A stretch of DNA of 52,935 bases, taken from assembly GCF_001194135.2 (NCBI RefSeq), contig NC_069000.1, positions 41,334,221-41,387,155 of the forward strand. The letters are read 5' to 3'. The DNA comes from Octopus bimaculoides. Its lineage: Eukaryota. Both the position numbers and the translations under genes were made by a program. Of the stretch, positions 10,592 through 23,264 are shown one piece after another. The notes beneath the pieces were generated by a model. The model was given only the letters and a program-made list of their open reading frames with translations. It made no database searches and was not told where the DNA came from. Each line of letters begins with the position of its first letter. Position 1 is the first letter of the stretch.

Positions 10592-12605
10592 CTAGAAATA
10601 GTAAGAATATGTTTTTATCAAATAAATAAGATATAATGTAACGTAGAACGTTAAAAAGCAGAAACAGTGATTGAAAGTAATCGTAAATCACGTAATCGCC
10701 CCCCAATCTTATGTATGAGAAATTAACTGAAAAGAGGAAGAAATGAATATTTCGTAATGAAAATAGCAAAATTATGGAATATCGATATAGTACGGACTAA
10801 TATACGAATGTTGAATATAATAAGGACTATAAAGCAAACCTGAATTCATGCGAAATATAACAGGGTTACTATCATAAATTGGTGAAGGTGCAATGGCCCA
10901 GTGGTTAGAGCAGCGGACTCGCGGTCATAGGATTGCGGTTTCGATTCCCAGATCGGGCGTTGTGAGTGTTTATTGAGCGAAAACACCTAAAGTTCCACGA
11001 GGCTCCGGCAGGGGATGGTGGCGAACCCTGCTGTACTCTATCACCACAACTTTCTCTCACTCTTTCTTCCTGTTTCTGTTGTGCCTGTAATTCAAAATGT
11101 CAGCCTTGTCACACTGTGTCACGCTGAATATCCCCGAGAACTACGTTAAGGGTAGACGTGTCTGTGGAGTGCTCAGCCACTTGCACGTTAATTTCACGAG
11201 CAGGCTGTTCCGTTGATCGGATCAACTGGAACCCTCGACGTCGTAAGCGACGGAGTGCCAACAACTATCATAAATTGGCATTCTGGGATGTCCTACATGC
11301 TAAGATATCCCTATATGTTAGGAAAATACGAGCATGGAGAATCGAATGCGATTTGTACTAGGGAAAAGAGTCTTTAATCATGTTATTTCCAATTGATTTT
11401 TTATGTATTATTTGACAGAACACATCCCCATTGGGAATAGTATAAGCAGTATATCATCGATAAGGGCTTCGTTAGTTTGAGTTTACAGTAGTTAATTTAA
11501 TTGGTCGCCAAATCATACGCATGATCGAGTGTGACTATGAACAAAGACGTTGCCACTATACATATAACACCAAACGTTATGAAACTAGTTGTAATATGAT
11601 AATGCGGGATTATGGTAAATAATATTCAGATTGAATTTTTGTCGTTCTTCAAATTTATTTAGAGAGATGTACGAAATTTATATATACACATACTCACAGA
11701 TATATACATATATGTATACTTAGAAAGAGCAATAATGAGAGAGACGTTTGGGTATATGGGATATGTATGTCACTATGATTAAACCTTGGGAGAGGCATTA
11801 TGCCGGTAATAAACACACGCACTGGTTCAGTCCTTTATTAATTTAAATTGTTTTGTTAAATTATTTCATTGCACTCTTGCAATCTCTTCAGTAACTTGTC
11901 TCTCCACTTCCATTTATTTTGAATGTATGATCTGGCGTTGTTTTGGCGTTGTTTTGAAACTGTTCGGTATGAGCATGTGAGTGTGTGCAAGCTCGTATGT
12001 GTGCACGCTCATATGTGTGCACGCACTTATGTGTTCGTGCTTATATGTAAGTATGTGCGTCCATATGTGTGTTTGTAACAATTTCATTTATATCAGATCA
12101 GATAGAGACTTTTTTTTTTAAATTTAAATTTAAATTTACTTATTTACGTTCATATTCCGCATCATATGTGTGAACAACACATGCAACCATGGGCAATTGT
12201 AAGGCCCTCATCTACGTGTATTTGGTGTTCAAAATTGGTTGCGTTTCAGAAAAGAAACAAGCGTAATAAACGAAGAATTTTCCCTCATAATCCGTATAAA
12301 CTGAGATATTGGTAGCTTACTCTTTTTCCGCAGTACGGCTTTTCTCTTGGCGTATGCTAAGCCATAGCAGAAACTGCAAATTCCTAAGTTGCGATATTTA
12401 ATGAAAAGAATACTTTACGTTTGTTCCAGCCGTTTTCTTCTGTGTCGCTTTATCTTTTATTTTCGTACTTACACAAACACCTTGTCTTTCATTATTGTGA
12501 ATTCGTAAACTTAATGGCAGATTGCTGTTCTTTTTCTCTTTCTTTCTATATCCCTACACATCGTAATATTCTCTCTCTCTCTCTATTTCTTTCTCTCTCT
12601 CTATT

Positions 12606-12650
<45 letters not shown>

Positions 12651-12983
12651 GTCTCAATCTCTCCCTTTCGTTTCTTCTCTTTTCTGTCAAACACTTCTGC
12701 AGCTTTCAGGCTGCTGCCTCCTTGACGCCCAGGTCACATTCCTAGGGCCCCCACCCCAACTAAACATCACAAGCATAGACCTCTTTCTGTAGCAAATTCA
12801 AGGCAGCTGTATTTTACAACTAAAACTTAACCTTACAGTTCTATATTTAAGAGATGAGGAATTATGTACATTGTTTACATTTGACGGATATTTGCCCTCA
12901 TCTTGTTCGTTGTTAACACAACGTTTCGGCTGATATACCCTCCAACCTTCATCCGAGTTCGATTCCAGGCAGTGACCTGGATG

Positions 12984-13042
<59 letters not shown>

Positions 13043-15415
13043 TGCGAAAAATACCTTAGTAATGATAACCCAGGTTCGAAATTTCCCCAAAGACACCTGA
13101 TGAAGGCTGGAGGGCATATCAGCCAAAACGTTGTGTTAACAACAAACAAGATGAAGACAAACACCCGTCAAATGTAAATAATGTAAATAATGTAAATAAA
13201 AACTTAACCTAATGAACCCATTATCATGTTGTTTTTACGTGAATTGCTACCCCATCATTGCCCCAATTTTTACATGAATCGTTACCCCACTATCGCCCCA
13301 CTTTTCATCATCACCCATTTGGAGCTTTTCCTCGCCCCAGGGGGTGGGGAGCAATACTTTGGGAACTACTGATCTAGGCTATTATTTATTATTAAAGCGG
13401 CGAGCTGGCAGCAGAGTTAGCACGCCGGGCGAAATGCTTAGCGGTATTTCATCTGTTTTCACGATCTGAGTTCAAATTTCGCCGAGGCCAACTTTGTCTT
13501 TCATCCTTTCGGAGTCGATGAATTAAGTACCAGTGAAACACTGGGGTCGATGTAATCGACTATTCCCCTCCCCCAAATATCAAGCCGTGTGCCTATAGTA
13601 GGATGTGTTATTATTATCGTTGTATCCAGTTTCCATGTGTGTGCTCCACCGCAAAACTTTTGACAGTATTTCTATTGGCCTTATTTGTCACTTCTTTACC
13701 GAACTAATTCTTATCAGCTGTATCTGGAGTTTTATGGACAAACACCGAAAGAGTACTAAACGCCGAAAACTGCAAATTCTCTACGGACACTGGATGAATA
13801 GAAAATTATTCACGTCATAGTTTTCTCGTTCAGTGTCTTTTTCTTTAACATACATACATACATACTGTTACAATGTGCTTATAAATTTGCGGTATCCTAT
13901 GTCCACTGTTTTACGTTGTCATAGGCACTGTTATGTTCTTATCGCCACTGTTATGTAGTAGCGGATTCCGCGTCTTCTATCTTTTACTCACATGACAATG
14001 ACTTGCAACGTCTATCTTGACTGTGACTCGAACTCGTATATATCACATAACTGACATTGACTCCAACTGAGAACTCGTACAACGACTCTACTACTACTAC
14101 TACTGACTCTCTACAACGACTGACTTTCTGACTTTATTATGGCTGCGTCATACCACTTTTGTCACGTGGGAGGGGGTGTACTATTTTTACTACAAAATCT
14201 CTCCTTTTAGTTTTTTTCTTTTTTATTTATGAACCAAGTAATGTTATTTTACTTTATTCGCCCTCCTTTCTTTTAGCATTTTTTCCAACTTCATATTTTT
14301 CTCTTTTTGGCATGTATTTTTACGAACTCTGTGTTCTTCCTTTTCCTTCTACTTGTATACGCGGGCTCAATCACCTGTAACGGAATGTGTCATACAATCA
14401 TTCCATAGGTTCTTCTAATCTGTTTGGTTCTTTTTCTATGAATCTCTTCTTTAACTGGTTTCTGTGTCTTTTTTCAATACTTTTTTGCTGTTTACCCCGT
14501 ACATCATTTTTCCTATGTACTCTATTTCCGAACATGCCAACGATTGTTTGGGTAATTTTGCTCAGGGAATTTACTCTCGCATTTTTCTTCAATCTGGCTG
14601 ATCAGATTCTTTCAATAGTGAGAATCTAGAAAGCGTAGTTGAAGAAAATTCAAAGAATTAACAAAGTAATTCAGTCAAGTCACACTTCGATCATAAAACT
14701 CGTTCACGAACTAGGACAATTGTTTAAGCTTCGTGGTGATCATTTATCTGCTTCTCAGTTTAACAGAAGTCTTGCAATCGTCATTGAACAGCAGGCTTGC
14801 TAAGGAACTTCTACATAAAATCATCATAAGTAAGGAAAATGGGTTGTATATAATCATATCCAACGAAACAAAGTTGTTGGCATCCTATCAAAAATAGAGA
14901 ATCTATTCCCTAACGACGACTACACTGGAGAATAATTATGCTTTATGATTGGTGGGACATAAATGGTACCGTTTGTCATGAAACAAAACGAAACAAGACG
15001 GAAGTATTGTTGTCAATTGGAAGCGTTGAATAACACTTTGCAGGAAAATGCCCTTCATAAGTTTATCGTAAAGAATCGTTGCTTCTCTGGGATAATACAC
15101 GCCTACGTATTTGCTCAAGTCATTCGGGGAAATATTATAGTGTTAAATGTGAAAGTTTTGCCTTATTGACCTTACAGTTTTGATTTTGCTTCATCTGGCT
15201 TATCATCTTTTCAGATCATCGCAAAATTATTTAGAGGGAAGTGTTTATTGATTGTGAAGAGGTTAGAACTGAAACTGAATGTTTCTTTGCTTCTAAACCT
15301 TCAGAATTTTACGTCCTAAGGGTCAATAGTTTACCAACTGAATAAATAGAATTAGATTCTCAATAATGAAGAGAAATATTGCTATATAATACCAGAATGT
15401 GTGTATGTATGTCGT

Positions 15416-15480
<65 letters not shown>

Positions 15481-16151
15481 TGATTGAAATTAAGTATATC
15501 CAATACTAACCATCATATATAAGATCTGCATCAGGAGGACAGGTTGTTCTACCCCAGCGTGTATATAGTGATCCGGGACCAGGTTCTGTGTAATTCAAAC
15601 AATCATTTCTGTTAAACAGCAATGTTTCAAGTGAATTATCAACAAAGGAAATTGTTGGCTAAAAATTTGGGAATTGTGGAGAGAATAATTGGAAGAGTAG
15701 AAAGATAGACAGACTGGGAATTGGCAGAGAAGACAGACGTATAGAAGTTAAGAGTGAAATAAAGGGTAGGTGAATGCAAGATAGAAATAAAGGAGTAAAT
15801 GATTGAATAAATCCACGAGATTGGATAAGAATAAAATTTTAATGGAGGAAATTATTGCGAAATATTTGAGAAATATATCCCAGAATATAATATTTCGAAC
15901 GTATTACTGTAAGTGAATGTGCATACAGATATGAGTAAATAAGTATAAATACATATCTAAGGCGCAGGCGTGGCTGTGTGGTAACAAGCTTGCTTCCCAA
16001 CCACATGGTTCTGGGTTCAGTCCCACTGCGTGACACCCTGGGCAAGTGTCTTCTACTATAGCGTCGGGCTGACCAAAGCCTTGTGAGTGGATTTGCTAGG
16101 CGGAAACTAAAAGAAGCCCGTCATATATATGTATATGTATGTCTGTGTTTG

Positions 16152-16196
<45 letters not shown>

Positions 16197-18318
16197 ATCA
16201 CTTGACAACCGATGTTAGTGCGTTTACGTCCCCGTAAAGTAGCAGTTAGGCAATAAAGAGCGACAAAATAAGTACTAGGCTTACAAAGAATAAGTGCAAG
16301 GGTCGATTTGTTCGGCTAAAGACGGTGCTTCAACATGGCCACAGTCAAACGACTAAAACAAGTAAAGAATAAAAGAATGTATATATCTGTATACATACAT
16401 ACACATATATATATATATGTGTGTGTTTGTGTATGTATGTGCGTGCATGTGTGCGTTTGTGTGTGTGTATGTGTGTGTGTTTGTTGCTGTTCTTATTTAA
16501 TAGATATTACATAAAGTTATCTATTTTTGCTGCTATTGATTTGGTTTTAGTTTCAGGGTGACCTGCACATTTTTGCATATTCACTGTCTACTTTACCATG
16601 AAAACTGTTTGGAAAATAACTCACATTTTTTTTCACATTGTAGTCACACGTGAACGCAAAATATTGCTGTTTCCCTTCACGCGGTTAATATCAGAGCATA
16701 TCACTTTTGATTGAGGAAATTACTGTCAATAAGATATTTTAAGTGGAGGCGCAATGGCCCAGTGGTTAGGGCAGCGGACTCGCGGTCATACGATCGCAGT
16801 TTCGATTCCCAGACCGGGCATTGTGAGTGTTCAGTATCAGTTCCAATTTGTTATTCCCTTTTTCAGTCATACAGCACTACTGTCTCCTTCTTAAAGAAGT
16901 TACATAAGTGCCTTTAAAGACAGCTGTTTTCTAGTGATCAGTATTTACCAGTGTAGAAGTGCAATGGCCCAGTGGTTAAGGTAGCGGACTCGCGGTCGTA
17001 GGATCGCGGTTTCGATTCCCAGATCGGGCGTTGTGAGTGTTTATTGAGCGAAAACACCTAAAGCTCCACGAGGCTCCAACAGGGGATGGTGGCGAACCCT
17101 GCTGTATTCTTTCACCACAACTTTCTCTCACTCTTTCTTCCTGTTTCTGTTGTGCCTGTAATTCAAAGGGTCAACCTTGTCACACTCTGTGTCACGCTGA
17201 ATATCCCCTTAACTACGTTAAGGGTACACGTGTCTGTGGAGTGCTCAGCCACTTGCACGTTAATTTCACGAGCAGGCTGTTCCGTTGATCGGATCAACTG
17301 GAACCCTCGACGTCGTAAGCGACGGAGTGCCAACAACAACGATATTTTAAGTAACTGCAAGCAAGTGCCTTAGTTCTGAATATTTTATTGCGAAAATAGT
17401 TTATAGTAATGGAGAACCGATTAAACATTGGTGAGATTAGAAGTCAGTAGGAGAATACTGAATATTTTATAATATTTAATCTGGGACTTAAACTTTCCTC
17501 TTAATTTTTTGTCTTCACAGTTTAGATTGTTATAAAATGGATTCTTACTTGGTGTGTTAACGGGTTTATCATCGAGAGATTTCTTGGAGAAGAAACGGTT
17601 CTGTAAAGAAATAGAAATAACATCATACAGAATATTTAGAATATTTTTAATCGTTTACATTATAAATTTAACCCCAAATTAGGATTACTAAACATTTGAC
17701 TTTGGATTATTCTCAACATCATGTCCCTGGCCAGCCACATATGGTGCATCAAAGAACAGGGCACGCCATACATAAATAAATGGAAGTTCTCTGAACAACC
17801 CGGGTCATATATCAGCGGGAGCAAACGATGTAAGCTTTGCTTGGAAGAGAGAGCAAAAATCCAGGAAAAACTACAAGAATGAAGTGTTAGCCAATGTCCC
17901 CACCAGAGACATTTCTTGATACAAGCAGCTGGGAGTTTCCCATTCGTCGAATTGAACCACTACAGCAACTTAAAAATCGATCACGGTTTGAACAGATGCA
18001 AGGAGTGATAACACCGTTCCACCTTAAACATTACTGGTGTGGACAATTCAGATGTATATCTCTTTGCTTGCAAAATTAACTGGCCATGATGTCTTCATCC
18101 TTCCAGTTGTAGATGGCCATTTGGGTCTGATGATCTTCTATATGGTTATGTGCTTTGTAGGTGTGAAACGCCAATGGCCACTCTCTGAATGACCATAACA
18201 ATCAACCTTCAATATATATATAAATACATACATAAATATATACATACATATATATATGTATGTGTGTGTATATATATATGTGTGTGTGTATGTATTTATG
18301 TATACATACATACATACA

Positions 18319-18352
<34 letters not shown>

Positions 18353-21300
18353 ACTCACCTCGTTTAGGCTTAACAGCCCTTCCTGTTTGTTTTCACTGGC
18401 CTGTTTTTGTTACCAACTTTGACCCTTCGCAAAATTCCAAATTTTATTTAATCGGCTTTGTCGTGAATTGATCGAAGACGAAGAAGAAAAACAGCCGACA
18501 ACTGATGAAGAGTCGATTTTTTATGTTGCTTGTCTTGTTTTCTATTTTGTTTCATTCGTTGTTCGCAAAAAAAGTTCGTATTTCATGTATTTTCGTATTT
18601 CATATTGTTTACGTTCTGTGGTGTCCTGTGCCCATATATGCATGTGTATATGCATATATATGTAAGTATGTACATATATGTATGTATATATTCATATATA
18701 TTTATATATTATATGATTGAACGCCACGCACCCATTTCCAGGTATATATATGTATATACATACACACATACATATATATATACATATATACGACGGGCTT
18801 CTTTCAGTTTCCGTCTACCAAATCCACTCACAAGGCTTTGGTCGGCCCGAGGCTATAGTAGAAGACACTTGCCCAAGGTGCCACGCAGTGGGACTGAACC
18901 CAAAACCATGTGGTTGGTAAGCAAGCTACTTACCACACATATGTATTTTTTAATACACATCATTAACTGGTTGTTATATTATTGCTGTTATTTCCGTCCG
19001 GAACAGGTTTGAACATTTTAATAAATCGTTTTTCTTTCATCTTTCTTCCAACCTCACTTGTGTCATGTAGTTTGTGGGAAAGAAAAATTAGAAACATGTC
19101 CACGTTTCTATATGCTCGCTTAATGGAATTTGCGAACATTAGTGTTCCAGATTTGTTGTCTGTGGACTCATGACCGTTCCGATTTGTTATAATAAGGGCG
19201 GGATCTATACCTGTAATATCGGCGTGCCTGGTAAAACGTGACGTTTAAGCTGCATACAGATTGGTCAAAAGTCTATTCCAAAAAATTCAGTTTGTTAGAA
19301 CTTTCTGAGAAATATATAAATACGTCATTTTACTACAGTTGTCAAGAACTCAACTGTCAGTTAAATACATTTTGAAATCTGATGATTACTACGAATGTAT
19401 AAAAGCGTTAATTGAACTTTATGAACAAACACACTTCAACATTGTAAAGAATTAATTTTTTTAAAGTACCATAATAAGAAACGTAAAAACCAGACCATGT
19501 TTTCACCTTATTAATTGATATATTATTCTATACACATTTACACAAAAAATCGGAGAATATGTATGTATGTATGTATGCATTTATAGCGTCGTCAGTTTTA
19601 TGTCGTATCCAAGAATTTAATTTCTCCTTTACTAATCGCTTCTTTTCATTTCTGGTGATGGCGTTGCTGACTCTGTAGACCAATTCTTCCATGGCAAAGT
19701 CGATAACATTGACTGCATGATAACGTTGGTAGAGGAAGAGGTTGAGTTTGTCGAGCCCTTGTTTCTCTTATGTCGCTTCACTTCCATTCGTACTACATGT
19801 CCTCGCCATTGCAGACGGCATTTCATGATCAGCGATTCGATACCTGGACTTTTATACAAGCATACAGAAAAATACAATATTTGCGGAGCCCTTTGGATTG
19901 GATAAACAAACCAACACCTTGCTGATCGCTTTTGGGACAATATTCGAAGCACACTATTATGCATACATGAAAAATCTGTCGACACCCACTCCACTTCAAT
20001 ACGGCAGGTAATTCCATCGTGCACCTATCATCAGCCTCATTCTCAAAGAAACGAAGGGAACAACGTTTCATATTCCCCACTTCACACTATGTCACTGGTG
20101 CGTTTAAATAGACGTTTATCCTTCTAATTTACCTCATCTTAGTTCATTAAACCCTTGTTATACTTCACTCTCTCTATTCTCATTGTATATGCATCTAACT
20201 CGTAAATGTGTCTGTTTCTCCTCTTGCCACTACTTTTGTCTTCTTTCTTTCTAACACTGTTTCTCTCACCACTTTTGTTCACGTACGAAATTCACGTAAT
20301 CCAGCGTTCTTTTTCACTTCCAGTCACATTTTTTTTTTTTTTCATATAAATGATGTAAAACTCTGTTGTGCCTTATTACTTTCTTTCTTTTCAGCTTCCC
20401 CTGAAGAAGGACTATGTCCGAAACGTTGGATTTTGCTCATTGAAGTCTGTTTCAACAGACAGGCACACATACACACTACCCCCCCCCCCAAACACACACA
20501 CACACACATACACATGTGCAAATATTCATGTATACGCACACACAAAAACACAAACATGGTAAAAATCTGTCCCGATTTGAATTTCTACCTCGTGTCTTCA
20601 ATAAGATTGATGCAAGTCCCACAATTGGGGCGGCCTCACTTTTTGACTGTTGGTGTAGGAGCTGCAGAAGCTAATTTAGCACTTGTGAGGTATTTTTTGA
20701 GAGACCTTTATTTTCCTTTACTTTTGATTATTTTGTGTATTTCGAATGGTTGATTCATTTTTGGGTCTTGTCTTAGTAGTGGGATGTTCTGGTGGATGAT
20801 ATTGTAAACTTCTGTATTTCTTAGGTTGTGTTTCGTAATAAAGGGATGATAACTGGATGAATCTGGAGCGTTTTTTGTTTACCGTAGTTGTATATTGTAT
20901 ATTGTATATTTATTACTTTGGCACTTTCTATTCCGTTGTTTATTAACTTTTATTGGATATTGTCTTTCCAGTAATATACGTTTCAGTTCCTTGAGTATTT
21001 TATTGCGAATTTCAGGGTTTGATATTTAGTCTCTGCGAACACTTGACAGAAAGCATTCAGAGTATGGTTATTTAGTACTATCACCAGTCAACCGTGTCAG
21101 CCTTAACTTCCGACGCTAAACATTGTAGCTTGATGCTAACAGACGGACATAGCGAGGAATCTAGACAAGTTACTAAGATCAATCATGTGACTATCGTCTA
21201 CCAATCAAACCCTATTCAAAACATATACTAATTTGTATCATGAACTCCCTATAGAAATAGAGCAAGCTTCAAACACAAGTCAGAAGCAAAACAGCTGCGG

Positions 21301-22677
21301 CATAAGCCACGTCTTTCTATTTCAAACAGTTGGATATCAGTGTAAACTGTGAAACCGGTTAAATCTTGAAATATAATAATAAAAGCTATTTTAACTATTC
21401 TCAGTGCATTTTCAACTTCTATTTTTCCTATATTTCTTCCCATGTGGAATAAAATTACGTTGTTTTACACGTGTGTGTGTGTGTCTGTGTGTGTGAGTGT
21501 GTAAGCTCCCACTACTTGATACTTTGACATGGAAAATACTTTGATAGTCTTCTATGTTCTTTAATATCCTGAGTACGGGTGGCAGAAAGTATTATTCGTT
21601 TCTCAAATAATCTCAACTGCTCTTAGTTTACATTTTTGCTACTGAATTGCAAATGTTCAGCATCAGTTCCAATTTGTTATTCCCTTTTTCAGTCATACAG
21701 CACTACCGTCTCCTTCTTAAAGAAGTTACATAAGTGCCTTTAAAGACAGCTGTTTTCTAGTGATCAGTATTTACCAGTGTAGAAGAGCAAAGAACCCATT
21801 GGTTAAGGTAGCGGACTCGCGGTCGTAAGATCGCGGTTTCGATTCCCAGACCGGGCGTTGTGAGTGTTTATTGAGCGAAAACACCTAAAACTCCACGAGG
21901 CTCCGGCAGGGGATGGTGGCGAACCCTGCTGTACTCTTTCACCACAACTTTCTCTCACTCTTTCTTCCTGTTTCTGTTGTGCCTGTAATTCAAAGGGTCA
22001 GCCTTGTCACACTGTCACGCTGAATCTCCCCGAGAACTACGTTGAGAGTACACGTGCCTGTGGAGTGCTCAGCCACTTGCACGTTAATTTCAGGAACAGG
22101 CTGTTCCGTTGATCGGATCAACTAGAACCCTCGTCGTCGTAACCGACGGAGTGCCACGATTTACCAATAAATAGAATATCAGAGATCTTTCAAAAATGTT
22201 TAGGTACCCCAAGATAGAGGGAGATATATGTGTGACTATGTGTGAATGTGCGTTTGTGTGTGTGTGCGTGTGTGTGTGTGCGTGCGTGCGTGTGTGTGGT
22301 GTGTGAGTGTATGTGTGTGGTGTGTGAGTGTATGAGTGTGAGTGAGTGTGTGTGCGTATGTGTGTGGTCTTTGAGTATGTGATTATGTGAATGTGTGTGT
22401 GGTGTATGCGAGTGTGCGCGTGAGTGGTGTTTGAATGTGTGTGTGTGTTTATGTAGATATATATATATGTGTGTGTGTGTTTATGTAGATATATATATGT
22501 GTGTGTGTGTTTATGTAGATATATATATGTGTGTGTGTATTATTGTATGTGTTTATGTTGGTGTCCGTCTCTATTTAACTGAACCCCTAAGTTACGGGGA
22601 CATAAACACACCACCACCGGCTTCAAGCAGTAATGGGGTGGGGGATAAACACAGACGCAAAGACATACACACATACA

Positions 22678-22735
<58 letters not shown>

Positions 22736-23231
22736 CAACAGACTTCTTTTAGTTTTCAAGGCTTTGGTCNNNNNNNNNNNNNNNNNNNNNNNNNNNNNNN
22801 NNNNNNNNNNNNNNNNNNNNNNNNNNNNNNNNNNNNNNNNNNNNNNNNNNNNNNNNNNNNNNNNNNNNNNNNNNNNNNNNNNNNNNNNNNNNNNNNNNNN
22901 NNNNNNNNNNNNNNNNNNNNNNNNNNNNNNNNNNNNNNNNNNNNNNNNNNNNNNNNNNNNNNNNNNNNNNNNNNNNNNNNNNNNGTGTTATGACGTAGGT
23001 AAAAAGTTTCCTCCCCAGCAATGTGTTCTTGGGATCTGTCGCATTGCACGGCAAAATGGATAAGCGTTTCTACTATACCTCGTGCCGAACACGACCTTCT
23101 AACTGAGTTTCGTAGCCAGAAACTAAAACGCTTAAAAGATTACACCGGGGACGTCCTGTTTTTGTCTTTTATGTTGTTGCATGTGTTTTAATGTTATTTT
23201 ATTAGAGCCCTTTTGGCTAATAAAAGAATAA

Positions 23232-23264
<33 letters not shown>

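Noticed and set aside
10592-10769. N-terminal 59 codons of ORF 10101..10769 (and the start of ORF 31952..32467)
   Set aside because: Intronic read-through upstream of the AG acceptor; not conserved between paralogs.
10883-10965. tRNA gene (also the other SINE heads)
   Set aside because: These are tRNA-like heads of multi-copy SINEs with TSDs and tails; no complete cloverleaf or acceptor stem.
15570-15585. Collagen triple helix
   Set aside because: Only PGPG/PGLG is present; no Gly-X-Y run in any assembled exon.
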